A stretch of 64,000 nt of DNA from an uncultured Clostridia bacterium (GCA_947595585.1 CANQET010000008.1:23433-87432); one strand, 5' to 3'. Shown: positions 1 through 8,870, numbered from the stretch's first letter. Program-made: numbers and translations. Notes: generated by a model from the letters alone, not told the origin.

Positions 1-410
1 TCTACACGGTAGGCGCCATCCGTGAGATCAAAGGTCTGCGCAAATATGTAGCCGTCGACGGTGGGATGTTCGAGAATCCCCGCTACTGCCTCTATGGGTC
101 GCGCTACACGGCCATCCTCGCCAACAAGGCAAACGAACCCGCCACGGAGCGCGTCTCTCTCGCGGGGAAGTGCTGTGAGAGCGGAGATCTTCTCGGCGTC
201 GATATGCCGCTCGCCCACGCCGAGACGGGGGATATCATCGCCGTCCTGACGACGGGCGCCTACAACTACGCGATGGCCTCCAACTACAACCGCAATCTCA
301 TCCCGCCCGCAGTCCTCGTAAACGAGGGGGAAGCGGAGTATATCATCCGCCCGCAGACCTATGAGGATCTGACAAGAAATGACATCTTGCCCGACCGTCT
401 TACCAAATAA
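1..410 (+). CDS. lysA: Diaminopimelate decarboxylase, C-terminal fragment (5' end outside window)
   Basis: ORF open to window edge; C-terminal sequence GKCCESGD...TGAYNYAMASNYN typical of LysA-type PLP decarboxylases. Confidence 0.85.
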   Translation, partial: YTVGAIREIKGLRKYVAVDGGMFENPRYCLYGSRYTAILANKANEPATERVSLAGKCCESGDLLGVDMPLAHAETGDIIAVLTTGAYNYAMASNYNRNLIPPAVLVNEGEAEYIIRPQTYEDLTRNDILPDRLTK

Positions 411-432
411 AGCACAACATCTTGATATTCGG

Positions 433-465
433 AAGCGGAATTTTTACAAAATCTCCGCTTTTTTC
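433..465 (+). terminator. Rho-independent terminator after lysA
   Basis: AAGCGGA (433-439) / TCCGCTT (454-460) stem followed by T-run. Confidence 0.6.
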
Positions 466-494
466 TTGCCTTTTTCGGAAAACTACGCTATAAT
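466..494 (+). promoter_or_regulatory. Sigma-A type promoter of M50 protease gene
   Basis: TTGCCT-N17-TATAAT; -10 ends 12 nt before ATG 507, no SD in between. Confidence 0.5.
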
Positions 495-506
495 GTTAGT
501 TACATC

Positions 507-1211
507 ATGGGATTGAATGCGTTGATACAGGAATTTATTGCTCTTATCGCAAGTTTGCTTGCCGTCGTCTTCGTGCTGACGCTGCATGAATATGCGCATG
601 CGCTCGTTGCGACGCTCTGCGGCGATCCCACACCCAAGTGGAACAAGCGCCTCAGCATGAATCCCTTCCGCCACTTCGATCTCATCGGGCTCATCTCGTT
701 TACGCTCGTCGGATTCGGATGGGCCAAGCCCGTTCCCATCAACCCGAACAATTTCAAGAAGTACCGCCTCGGGCTGGGGCTTACGGCGAGTGCAGGCATC
801 ATCGTGAATCTCCTCACGGCGCTGATCATCTACCCGATCTACTGCGTCTGCTACTTTTATTTCCCCGTATCTCTTGCGACGATCCGCCTGTTCCTATGCG
901 ACTTTACGTTTAATATCTTCGTCTACAGCCTATGCTTTGCGATCTTCAACCTGCTTCCGCTCTTTCCGCTCGACGGCTTCCGCATCGTCGACGCATTGGA
1001 CCGCAAGCGGGGCGGGGTCTACCGCTTCTTGCGGGACTACGGGCAATGGATCCTGCTCGGGCTCATCGCCGAAAGTTTTCTTTGCTCGCTCTTCGTGCGG
1101 CTCGAAGTTCCGATCATGCACTACTTTGATATCTTGGGATGGCTCAGCTATGTTGCGGTCAACTATATCGGCTTCCCGATCCAAGCATTATGGGGGTTAA
1201 TACCGTGGTGA
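507..1211 (+). CDS. Site-2 protease family membrane metalloprotease (peptidase M50)
   Basis: HEYAH (HExxH) in first TM region and NLLPLFPLDG motif; multiple hydrophobic helices. Confidence 0.85.
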   Translation: MGLNALIQEFIALIASLLAVVFVLTLHEYAHALVATLCGDPTPKWNKRLSMNPFRHFDLIGLISFTLVGFGWAKPVPINPNNFKKYRLGLGLTASAGIIVNLLTALIIYPIYCVCYFYFPVSLATIRLFLCDFTFNIFVYSLCFAIFNLLPLFPLDGFRIVDALDRKRGGVYRFLRDYGQWILLGLIAESFLCSLFVRLEVPIMHYFDILGWLSYVAVNYIGFPIQALWGLIPW

Positions 1212-2164
1212 CAGAGGAAAAAAACACACAACTGAATGAAGACCCCGCGCTTTCGGAGACGGCCGCGGCGCTTGCGCCCGCTGCACCCATCGAGGAGCCC
1301 GAAGAGGAGCTCACGCGCGAATCGCTCGAAACGCTGAAGGATGAGGAGTTCTTTGCCGTCCTTCGGCGCAAGTTCGATTCCAAAGTCGACTATATGACGA
1401 CGCTCGATAACTTCTCGGGCCCGCTCGACTTTTTGCTCTACCTCATGAACCGCGATATGATCCCGATCCGCGACGTCTACGTATCCAAGGTCACGGAGCA
1501 ATTCGTGGCGTATGTGCAAAATCTCACCGACTACGATATGGGGAAGGTGACGGAGTACCTCAACCTCGCGGCGGATATCATCAAGCTCAAACTGCTCACG
1601 CTCGTGCCCAACAATCCCGTCGCCGCGGACGACGGCGATTACGACTTCCCGCCCGAGGACGACGATCCCATCGACCTCAAAAACGCGCTCTACGAGGAGT
1701 ATCTCCGCATCAAGAAGCGGGAAGAGAAGCTCAAGGACCGCGAGACGACGGGCTTCTTCTATAAGCGCCCCGATCGGGACGTCGGCACCCGCCAGACCGT
1801 GTTTTCGCTCGACGGCATCACGCAGGAAGCGCTCGGCAAGGCGATGGCGCAGATCATGCTCAACCTCGAAGTCAAGCAGCATGAAGACGACTCCCGCGAG
1901 ATCCCGCGCGACGAGCACACGGTGGCGCAGAAGATCGTGTTCATCCGCGAACTGTTCGAGGATCATACCCGCGAATACGACTTTGTCGGCCTGTTCACGC
2001 ATGACAGCACGCGCGGCGAGGTCGTAACGACCTTCCAGGCCATCCTCGAACTGCTCAAGCACCAATTCCTGCGCGTGCGGCAGGAGGGACTGTTCGGCGA
2101 CATCAAAATAAGTTTCAACCCCGATTGGGATCCGAACGCCAAATTCGAGATCGATACATACTAA
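1190..2164 (+). CDS. scpA: Segregation and condensation protein A
   Basis: ScpA-like sequence (FSGPLDFLLYLM...), followed directly by scpB; start chosen at internal ATG 1190 because the upstream part overlaps the M50 gene. Confidence 0.8.
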   Translation: MGVNTVVTEEKNTQLNEDPALSETAAALAPAAPIEEPEEELTRESLETLKDEEFFAVLRRKFDSKVDYMTTLDNFSGPLDFLLYLMNRDMIPIRDVYVSKVTEQFVAYVQNLTDYDMGKVTEYLNLAADIIKLKLLTLVPNNPVAADDGDYDFPPEDDDPIDLKNALYEEYLRIKKREEKLKDRETTGFFYKRPDRDVGTRQTVFSLDGITQEALGKAMAQIMLNLEVKQHEDDSREIPRDEHTVAQKIVFIRELFEDHTREYDFVGLFTHDSTRGEVVTTFQAILELLKHQFLRVRQEGLFGDIKISFNPDWDPNAKFEIDTY

Positions 2165-2176
2165 AAGGAGGCTCTT

Positions 2177-2911
2177 GTGGAAAACCTTACGCAAGTCATC
2201 GAAGCGATCCTGTTTGCCTCGGGCAACAGTGTTTCGATCGCAGATATCGCAGAGAAGCTCGAAGTGATGCCGAGCACGGTCCAGCGCTGCATCGACGAGC
2301 TCAAAGAGCGCTACAGCGATGCGAGCGGCATCCGCCTGCTCGAATTCAACAAAAAAGTCCAGCTGGCGACCAATCCCGCCTATCAGGAGCAGGTCTCGGC
2401 CGTCCTTAATACCATCCGCGAGAAGGAACTCACCCGCGTCGCCCTCGAGTGCCTCGCGATCGTCGCCTACAAGCAGCCGATCACCCGTACCGAGATCGAG
2501 CTTATGCGCGGCTGCAACAGCGACTACGGTGTAAACGTGCTCCTCCAGAAGGAACTCATCTGCCCCTGCGGCAAGAAGAACACGATCGGGCATCCCGTCC
2601 TCTATGCGACGACGGATAACTTCCTCAAGCACTTCAACCTGAGCAGTATCGAAGATCTGCCCGATTACGAGGACTTCCTCACCGAGGGATTCGGACAAAA
2701 CACCAACGACAGTTATCTCTACGCCCGCAGGGAATACGGGAACGTCACAGATGCCCCCGAGGAGGTCGCCGCGGCCGAAGACGAAGCCGAGAAGGGCGAA
2801 GAGGAGAAGCCCGCACGCAAGCAGGAGGCCGAAGAGGTGGATGAAGAGGGGTATAACCTGCCCGATTTCCTGCGCAACCTCGATAAAGACGATATCGTAA
2901 AGATCTCCTGA
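2177..2911 (+). CDS. scpB: Segregation and condensation protein B
   Basis: N-terminus VIEAILFASGNSVSI... typical of ScpB; GTG start; acidic C-terminal tail. Confidence 0.85.
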   Translation: MENLTQVIEAILFASGNSVSIADIAEKLEVMPSTVQRCIDELKERYSDASGIRLLEFNKKVQLATNPAYQEQVSAVLNTIREKELTRVALECLAIVAYKQPITRTEIELMRGCNSDYGVNVLLQKELICPCGKKNTIGHPVLYATTDNFLKHFNLSSIEDLPDYEDFLTEGFGQNTNDSYLYARREYGNVTDAPEEVAAAEDEAEKGEEEKPARKQEAEEVDEEGYNLPDFLRNLDKDDIVKIS

Positions 2912-2949
2912 AAGCGCATAATTTCATCTGTTTCGCCCATGATAAGGTC

Positions 2950-3531
2950 ATGGGCGAATTTTTTGTCTTTTCGACCTTCTTCGGCGTACTTCTGCTGCTC
3001 TTTCCCATCTTTGTAGACCTGCATCTCTACGTCGATATCCTGGAAAACAAGGCGAGTTTTGCCCTCAGTCCCTTCGGACTGCGCATGATTGGCGGCTACT
3101 GCGAACTGCGCAAAGAGGGGGCTGCCATCCACCTCACCGAAAAATTCGCGGTGCTCATCCCGTATGCGAGCATGCGCGATACGCGCAAATACTTTGAGGT
3201 CACGGCGGGATTCCAGCTCTACCGTTTTCGGCAGGTCGTCGAAACGGGGGGAGCGGCGAAGATCTCGGGCCTGCTCCTTGCGGCGGCCCTTCAGGCGGCG
3301 AGCGGTGCGACGTTTGCCGTCCTCAAGACCCGCCATCCCTTCTTGCGGCTCTTCCACGGCACGTTGCTCGCGGATCGGCCGACGCTGAAGATCACGCTCA
3401 TGACGACGACCGTCTTCAACGGTCTCATCGTGGCGATCGCGATCGGAAAAAAATTATTGGAGGCATGTATAAATTGGATCCGAAAAAGAAGATCGATGCG
3501 ATCATGGAAAAGACAGCCGAGCAGCTCGTAG
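2950..3531 (+). CDS. YtfI-like (DUF2953-type) sporulation membrane protein
   Basis: N-terminal TM helix; position immediately upstream of ytfJ as in Bacillus/Clostridia; family call by synteny only. Confidence 0.5.
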   Translation: MGEFFVFSTFFGVLLLLFPIFVDLHLYVDILENKASFALSPFGLRMIGGYCELRKEGAAIHLTEKFAVLIPYASMRDTRKYFEVTAGFQLYRFRQVVETGGAAKISGLLLAAALQAASGATFAVLKTRHPFLRLFHGTLLADRPTLKITLMTTTVFNGLIVAIAIGKKLLEACINWIRKRRSMRSWKRQPSSS

Positions 3532-3851
3532 GGCTCGTGGACGTGAACACGGTGATCGGCAAACCCGTCGTCACCGCGAGCGGCGCCCAGATCATCCCCT
3601 TCACGAAGGTCACGATGGGCTACCTTTCGGGAGGCGGGGAATACGGCGAAGTGAAGGCCATCAAGGAAGATGAGAGCTTCCCGTTTGCGGGGGCGACGGG
3701 CACCGTCGTCAACATCAAACCGGCAGGCTTTCTCATCGACGACGGCACGGAATGCCGCGTCGTGAAGATCACCGACGACCCCATCGACGGGCTCATCGAA
3801 AAGGCGAGCGAGCTCATCTCCCGCTTTGCAAAGAAGGGCGAGGATGCGTAG
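3465..3851 (+). CDS. ytfJ: Sporulation protein YtfJ (GerW family)
   Basis: VIGKPVVTASGAQIIPFTKV...GGGEYGE motif pattern of YtfJ/GerW; start could also be ATG 3504. Confidence 0.75.
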   Translation: MYKLDPKKKIDAIMEKTAEQLVGLVDVNTVIGKPVVTASGAQIIPFTKVTMGYLSGGGEYGEVKAIKEDESFPFAGATGTVVNIKPAGFLIDDGTECRVVKITDDPIDGLIEKASELISRFAKKGEDA

Positions 3852-4839
3852 ATCCCTGTTTTCGGCGCTACTGCTTTTCTCGGCGCTGCTGCTCTTCGGC
3901 TTCTTTCCGCCTAAGATCTCACATGCGGCGACGGAGGGCAGGGCGGAATGCGTCGTGGAGGTGACTTCGCGGCGCTTCCTCGCCGAGAAGAACGCCGATG
4001 CGCGTCTGCCCATGGCGAGCACGACCAAGATCCTCACCGCGATCATCGCCATCGAGGACCTCGACCTCGAGGAGGAGATCGTCATCCCGAAGGAGGCAGA
4101 GGGGACGGAGGGCTCGAGCGTCTACCTCCGCGCGGGGGAGACCTACACGGTACAAGATCTTCTCTACGGCCTCATGCTGCGCTCGGGGAACGATTGCGCC
4201 GTCACCCTCGCCCTGCGCCGCAGCGGGAGCATCGCCGCATTTGCCGAGGAAATGAAGGAGCGGGCGATGAAGATGGGGACCGAACACAGCGATTTTGCCA
4301 ATCCGCACGGCCTGCCCGACCCCGATCACTACACGACGGCACGGGATCTGGCGCTCGTCTCGGCCTACGCCATGCAAAACGAGACCTTCCGCGAGATCGT
4401 CTCCTGCAAATACTATGCGCCGCGCGGCTGGAAGAACAAGAATAAGATGCTTTGGCAATACGATGGGGCAAACGGCATCAAGACGGGCTTCACGACGGCG
4501 GCGGGGCGATGCCTCGTCACGGCCGCGGAGAAGGACGGCATGCAGCTCGTCTGCGTACTGCTCAACTGTCCCGAGATCTACGAGCGCACGGAAGAACTTC
4601 TCGACGGCTGCTTTTCTTCCTTCCGCATGATCCCGCTTCTCGACGCCACGATGCCTTACGAAGGGTTTGCGATCAAATACGGCTTCGCCTATCCGCTCCG
4701 CAAAGAGGAGCTTTCGCTCATCCGCATCGAGGGCATCACGACCATGCCTTGCCCCGAAGTCCGCGGCGAAGTTGCGGGCCAACTCTTCATTTACCTCGAG
4801 AATCGCTTGCTTTTTTCGGAGAATTTGTATATCATGTAG
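3844..4839 (+). CDS. D-alanyl-D-alanine carboxypeptidase (peptidase S11, low-MW PBP)
   Basis: SxxK (STTK), SGN and KTG motifs in order; signal-peptide-like N-terminus; start at ATG 3844. Confidence 0.85.
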   Translation: MRRSLFSALLLFSALLLFGFFPPKISHAATEGRAECVVEVTSRRFLAEKNADARLPMASTTKILTAIIAIEDLDLEEEIVIPKEAEGTEGSSVYLRAGETYTVQDLLYGLMLRSGNDCAVTLALRRSGSIAAFAEEMKERAMKMGTEHSDFANPHGLPDPDHYTTARDLALVSAYAMQNETFREIVSCKYYAPRGWKNKNKMLWQYDGANGIKTGFTTAAGRCLVTAAEKDGMQLVCVLLNCPEIYERTEELLDGCFSSFRMIPLLDATMPYEGFAIKYGFAYPLRKEELSLIRIEGITTMPCPEVRGEVAGQLFIYLENRLLFSENLYIM

Positions 4840-4841
4840 AT

Positions 4842-5555
4842 ATGCGCATCAATAGATTTCTTGCCGAACAGGGCATAGCATCGAGAAGAGGGGCGGATGA
4901 GATCGTCGCCGCGGGCAGAGTGACCGTCAACGGCGCCGTCGCCGTACCCGGGACAGAAGTGGGGGCCGAGGATACCGTCATGCTCGACGGCAAGATCCTC
5001 TCCCATAAAGTCAACTACGAATATTACCTTCTCAATAAGCCGAAGGGCTACATCTGCACGGTGCAGGACGAAAAGACCGACCGCCCCCGCAAGACGGTGA
5101 TGGAGCTTCTGCCCAAGGGCGCCGGGCGCGTCTTCCCCGTGGGGAGATTGGATTACGAGAGCGAGGGGCTGCTGCTTCTTACGAACGACGGCGACCTCGC
5201 CTTCCGCCTGACCACCCCGAAGAGCGAAGTCGAAAAGACCTATCACGTCCGCATCGAGGGGACGATCACGCCCGCCCAACTCAATCATATCCGCGCGGGC
5301 GTCGAGATCGAAAAGGGGGTTGTCACCAAGAAGTGCAAGGCCGTCGTCATCGAGACGGACAAGAGCTATACCAAGCTGCGCATCGTACTCACCGAGGGCA
5401 AAAACCGTGAAATTCGGCGGATGTTTGAGGCCATCGGAAAGAATGTGACCTTCTTGAAACGCACGAAGCTCGGCGATCTCACCCTCATGTGGCTCGACCG
5501 CGGCGCCTGCAGAAAGCTCACGCCCGAAGAGATCTATTATCTGAAAAACCTATAA
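4842..5555 (+). CDS. rluB: Pseudouridine synthase, RsuA/RluB family
   Basis: S4 domain N-terminus (MRINRFLAEQGIASRR) plus GRLDYESEGLLLLTNDG catalytic motif; true start ATG 4842 inside the longer track ORF. Confidence 0.85.
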   Translation: MRINRFLAEQGIASRRGADEIVAAGRVTVNGAVAVPGTEVGAEDTVMLDGKILSHKVNYEYYLLNKPKGYICTVQDEKTDRPRKTVMELLPKGAGRVFPVGRLDYESEGLLLLTNDGDLAFRLTTPKSEVEKTYHVRIEGTITPAQLNHIRAGVEIEKGVVTKKCKAVVIETDKSYTKLRIVLTEGKNREIRRMFEAIGKNVTFLKRTKLGDLTLMWLDRGACRKLTPEEIYYLKNL

Positions 5556-5560
5556 AAAGG

Positions 5561-5592
5561 TTATTCCCCGCGCAAAACAGCACGGGGAATAA
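5561..5592. terminator. Bidirectional terminator between rluB and lexA
   Basis: TTATTCCCCG (5561-5570) / CGGGGAATAA (5583-5592) 10-bp stem flanked by A/T runs. Confidence 0.65.
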
Positions 5593-5620
5593 TTTTAGGA
5601 GAATAAAAATTCGGATAGAC

Positions 5621-6226
5621 TCAGAGGGTGCGGATAAGACCGAGGACTTTCCCGATGATCATGGCGTCGCTCTCGGCGCCGAGCACGAAATCCTGCATCG
5701 TCTCATTTTCGGGATGAAGGATGACTTTATCGCCGCGGCGGAAGAAGCGCTTCACGGTCGCGCCCTGCCCGACGCCGTCGTCGAAGAGGGCAACGACGAT
5801 ATCGCCGTTCTCGGCCGTCTCTTGCTTCTTGACGATGATCTTGTCGCCGTCGAAGATGCCCGCATCGATCATGCTTTCCCCCGAGACACGCAGCAAAAAC
5901 AGATCTTCGCCGCGGAATTCGGAGGCGGGGAGGGGGTAGTACCCCTCGAAATTCTCGACTGCGAGAATGGGTTGGCCGGCGGTGACCGTACCGACGAGGG
6001 GAACATTGATCGTGCCGCCGCGGCGCACTGTGACCGCACGCTTCTTGTTTTCGGCCTTTTCAAGATAGCCCTTATCCCGAAGGCGGTTGATATAATCGTA
6101 TGCCGTCGCGGTGGACTTGATGCCGAGATCGCGGCACATATCGCGGACGGTGGGCGCAAAACCGTTTTCCTCGATGTAGCGGTTGATATAGTCGAGGACT
6201 TCCAAGAGTTTATTTTCCTTGATCAT
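5621..6226 (-). CDS. lexA: LexA repressor
   Basis: wHTH N-terminus, Ala-Gly cleavage site (VTAGQP), SGESM serine and downstream Lys of the S24 peptidase fold. Confidence 0.95.
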   Translation of the reverse strand: MIKENKLLEVLDYINRYIEENGFAPTVRDMCRDLGIKSTATAYDYINRLRDKGYLEKAENKKRAVTVRRGGTINVPLVGTVTAGQPILAVENFEGYYPLPASEFRGEDLFLLRVSGESMIDAGIFDGDKIIVKKQETAENGDIVVALFDDGVGQGATVKRFFRRGDKVILHPENETMQDFVLGAESDAMIIGKVLGLIRTL

Positions 6227-6244
6227 GATTCACCTCGTAAGCCC

Positions 6245-6273
6245 ATTATAGCACATCCGAAAAAAATTTGCAA
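6245..6273 (-). promoter_or_regulatory. lexA promoter
   Basis: minus strand TTGCAA-N17-TATAAT with TGc extension; GAGGTG SD before ATG 6226. Confidence 0.6.
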
Positions 6274-6284
6274 ACGTTTGTTCT
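6271..6284 (-). promoter_or_regulatory. LexA (Cheo/SOS) box
   Basis: minus strand AGAACAAACGTTTG = GAAC-N4-GTTT, one mismatch to Gram-positive GAAC-N4-GTTC; overlaps lexA -35. Confidence 0.65.
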
Positions 6285-6313
6285 AACAATTTTCATAATT
6301 TTTTTCCTTTCTC

Positions 6314-6342
6314 TTGCTTTTTTTGCGGAGATGGGGTATAAT
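6314..6342 (+). promoter_or_regulatory. Promoter of Cys-rich mini-protein gene
   Basis: TTGCTT-N17-TATAAT; -10 ends 6 nt before ATG 6349, implying a leaderless start. Confidence 0.5.
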
Positions 6343-6348
6343 AGAGAT

Positions 6349-6522
6349 ATGGAAGTCAAGAAGTGTATCTTCGATGAAGAAAAGGAGTGCGACGGTTGCA
6401 TGGAATGCGAGGTGTGTGACCTCGATCCCTCCAAGCCCTGCGACAACTGCGGCAAGTGCCTTGAGATCCGCGACTACGCGACGATCAAGATCGATAAGAT
6501 CATCCGCAAAGACGAAACCTGA
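6349..6522 (+). CDS. Small cysteine-rich protein (57 aa), unknown function
   Basis: MEVKKCIFDEEKECDGCMECEVCD...PCDNCGKC: 8 Cys in CxxC-type spacing; own promoter and terminator; divergent from lexA. Confidence 0.55.
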   Translation: MEVKKCIFDEEKECDGCMECEVCDLDPSKPCDNCGKCLEIRDYATIKIDKIIRKDET

Positions 6523-6524
6523 AG

Positions 6525-6557
6525 ACCGCTCCCGAACCTCTTCGGCGGCGGTTTTTC
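6525..6557 (+). terminator. Terminator after the Cys-rich gene
   Basis: ACCGC..CCGA-loop-TCGG..GCGGT compound stem then TTTTT, directly after stop 6520-6522. Confidence 0.5.
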
Positions 6558-7758
6558 ATTGCATATATTTTCTGAATTTTTCGGCGTAGATCGCGGGAAC
6601 GATCGCAAGGATGCGCGCTCCGCCGTCATCATAGACGACTTCCCGCTCGAAGAGGAGGGGGCGAAGGGGGGCGTACGCCGCCATCTCCGCATAGGGAATA
6701 TATAATGTAGCGCGCGCGTATTCCGCTTTCATCGCCGCGAAGATCCGCGCTTTGAGCTCCTCGAGGCCGCGGCCTTCCTTGGCGGAAATGCGCACGGCGT
6801 CCTTGGGCAAGAGGACGTCTCCCGCCGCATCGCACTTGTTCATCACGACGAGATAGGGGGCGGAAAAGCCAAGCTCGCCGAGCGTTTTGAGTGTCGTATC
6901 GAGCTGCATTTGGAAATCCCCCGCGGCGTCGCACACGATGAGCGCGAGATCGCAATGCAACGCGCTCTCGAGGGTGGATTTGAAGGCCTCGATGAGGCCG
7001 TGGGGCAGAGCGCGGAGGAATCCCACCGTATCGACCATGAGAAAGGGGACGCCTTCGATCTCGAATGCACGGGAAGTGGGGTCGAGCGTCGCGAAGAGGG
7101 CGTCTTTCACGAAGACTTCGGCGCCCGTCATGGCGTTAAGAAGGGTAGATTTGCCCGTATTCGTATAACCGACGAGCGCGATCGTCTTGATCCGCTCTTT
7201 TTTTCTGCGCTCTACAAGGAGGCTCCGCCGCTGTTCGGTCTCCTTGAGCCGCACTTCGAGGGCGTGGATGCGTGCACGGATGTGCCTGCGGTCGGTCTCG
7301 AGCTTGCTCTCCCCGGGGCCGCGCGTGCCGATCCCGCCGCCGAGACGGGAGAGCGCCGTGCCCTTGCCGCGAAGGCGCGGATAGAGATATTTGTATTGGG
7401 CGAGCTCAACTTGCAGCTTTCCCTCGCTCGTCGTGGCGCGGAGAGCAAAGATATCGAGGATGAGGGCGGTGCGGTCGATGACTTTCCGATCGCCGAGCGC
7501 CTTGGAAAGGTTGGCCGTCTGGGCGGGGGAGAGGTCGCCGTTGAAGAGGATCGTCACCTCGCTGTCGCCGAGAAGCGCCTTGACTTCGGCAAGTTTGCCC
7601 TCGCCGAAGACGGTCGCAGGGTCGATCTCGCGGATGGTCTGGCGCGTCGTACCTGCGTACTCGGCGCCCGCGCTCTCGATGAGGGAGACGGCTTCCGCAT
7701 GCAGCGCCTCGGCGTCCTGCCCGAAGACGGGCTGCAGAATGTAGACGCGTTCGCTCAT
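6556..7758 (-). CDS. hflX: GTPase HflX
   Basis: HflX N-domain plus G1 motif GYTNTGKST and DTVGF. Confidence 0.9.
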   Translation of the reverse strand: MSERVYILQPVFGQDAEALHAEAVSLIESAGAEYAGTTRQTIREIDPATVFGEGKLAEVKALLGDSEVTILFNGDLSPAQTANLSKALGDRKVIDRTALILDIFALRATTSEGKLQVELAQYKYLYPRLRGKGTALSRLGGGIGTRGPGESKLETDRRHIRARIHALEVRLKETEQRRSLLVERRKKERIKTIALVGYTNTGKSTLLNAMTGAEVFVKDALFATLDPTSRAFEIEGVPFLMVDTVGFLRALPHGLIEAFKSTLESALHCDLALIVCDAAGDFQMQLDTTLKTLGELGFSAPYLVVMNKCDAAGDVLLPKDAVRISAKEGRGLEELKARIFAAMKAEYARATLYIPYAEMAAYAPLRPLLFEREVVYDDGGARILAIVPAIYAEKFRKYMQ

Positions 7759-8816
7759 TCATCGCCCTCCGTGGGATGCAATTTGACTTTTCCCGCCACC
7801 GAACGGCGGTTGTCCTCGGTGATCGCGGCGTAGTGCTTGCGGGTGGTATTGACGTCTCTGTGCCCGAGGACGTCGGCGACGATGTAGATATCGCCCGTCT
7901 CACGGTAGAGGGCGGTGCCGTAAGTCGAACGCAGCTTGTGCGGCGTGATCTTCTTGAGGGGGGTCGCGATCGAGGCGTATTTCTTGACGAGGTTCTCCAC
8001 AGCGCGCACGGTGATCCGCTTATACTGCATGGAGAGGAAGAGGGGGCCGCTCTTCTCCTTGGGGATACGCGGATCGGCGTCCTTTTGGTTCATATAGGCG
8101 ATGATGGCATCGGCGACTTCATCCGAATAATACAAGATCGCCTGATTTCCGCCCTTTCGGGTGACGATAAAGGAGTGGTTTGCGAAGTCAAAACTATCGT
8201 TATTGAGCCCGACAAGCTCGGAAATACGGATCCCCGTGCCCAAAAAGAGGGTGAGGATGGCGCAATCACGCACTTTCGTCTTCTCGTGGTAGCCCGACAT
8301 GTGCGAAGTGAGCCCGTCGCCGAATTCCGCCGTATCGAGGAGGGTGGAGATCTCCTCGCCTTCGAGGCGGATGATCTCCTTCTCGTGGAGCTTGGGCGTT
8401 GCGACTTTCGCCGTATTGTTGACGGAGAGGAGGCCCTTGTTGAAAAAGTACTTAAAGAGGGAACGCACGGTGGAGAGCTTACGGGCCTTGGCGCGCTCGT
8501 CGCAGGAGAGGGTGCGATCGCCGAAGCGGTAGTGGGAGAGATAGGAGAGGAAGATCTCGATATCGGTATCCGTAATTTGTTCGAGATCCTCGAGGGTGAT
8601 CTCCTGCACGGCCTTGCCGCGGAATTTCTTCCGCGAAAGGAAATCGAAGAAGATGCGAAGATCGTAGCAGTAGTTGAGGCGGGTGAGGGTGCTCGTGCGC
8701 GTCTCGACGCCGCGGAAAAAATCCTCGCAGAAAGAGGGAAGCGCCTCGAGGAGCTCGTCGATCTTATCGAGATTTCTGAGATTGCGGTCCTGATAGTAAT
8801 TTTCGGTGGGTTTCAT
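7755..8816 (-). CDS. Tyrosine site-specific recombinase, XerC/XerD (phage integrase) family
   Basis: C-terminal R...HxxR...Y catalytic pattern (LGHRDVNTTRKHY); ATGA overlap with hflX; start ATG 8816 because the upstream ORF part covers the promoter. Confidence 0.8.
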   Translation of the reverse strand: MKPTENYYQDRNLRNLDKIDELLEALPSFCEDFFRGVETRTSTLTRLNYCYDLRIFFDFLSRKKFRGKAVQEITLEDLEQITDTDIEIFLSYLSHYRFGDRTLSCDERAKARKLSTVRSLFKYFFNKGLLSVNNTAKVATPKLHEKEIIRLEGEEISTLLDTAEFGDGLTSHMSGYHEKTKVRDCAILTLFLGTGIRISELVGLNNDSFDFANHSFIVTRKGGNQAILYYSDEVADAIIAYMNQKDADPRIPKEKSGPLFLSMQYKRITVRAVENLVKKYASIATPLKKITPHKLRSTYGTALYRETGDIYIVADVLGHRDVNTTRKHYAAITEDNRRSVAGKVKLHPTEGDE

Positions 8817-8825
8817 GGTAAGTGC

Positions 8826-8855
8826 ATTATAGCACATCGAAGATAGACTTGTCAA
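8826..8855 (-). promoter_or_regulatory. Promoter of xer-hflX unit
   Basis: minus strand TTGACA-N18-TGcTATAAT; only 9 nt between -10 and ATG 8816. Confidence 0.6.
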
Positions 8856-8870
8856 TTTTGCGAATAGTTA
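8856..8870. repeat. 15-nt box TTTTGCGAATAGTTA, copy 1, abutting xer -35
   Basis: same 15-mer recurs at 8944-8958 (inverted) and 8965-8979 (14/15). Confidence 0.7.

Noticed and set aside
1163-2698. Very long ORFs antisense to real genes (for example 1163-2698 minus, 11072-13549 plus, 13440-15083 plus, 24544-26742 plus, 26678-28882 plus, 48321-50240 plus, 61608-63149 plus)
   Set aside because: These are typical high-GC shadow ORFs. They have Arg/Gly/Asp/Glu/His-rich low-complexity translations, no SD or promoter, and each overlaps a gene with clear family motifs on the other strand.
6268-6348. TTG-initiated N-terminal hydrophobic extension (FVLTIFIIFFLSLAFFA) that would turn the Cys-rich protein into a YneA/SosA-like membrane protein
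   Set aside because: The extension is translated from the T-rich lexA promoter/SOS-box DNA and would start inside the lexA -35. A good promoter (6314-6342) lies within it. The hydrophobicity is most likely a poly-T artefact.
7755-8816. Xer-family recombinase as a marker of a prophage, ICE or integron
   Set aside because: It has native GC content and an ATGA overlap with hflX. There are no phage or transfer genes, no att-like flanking repeats and no adjacent tRNA. It is most simply a chromosomal Xer-type recombinase.
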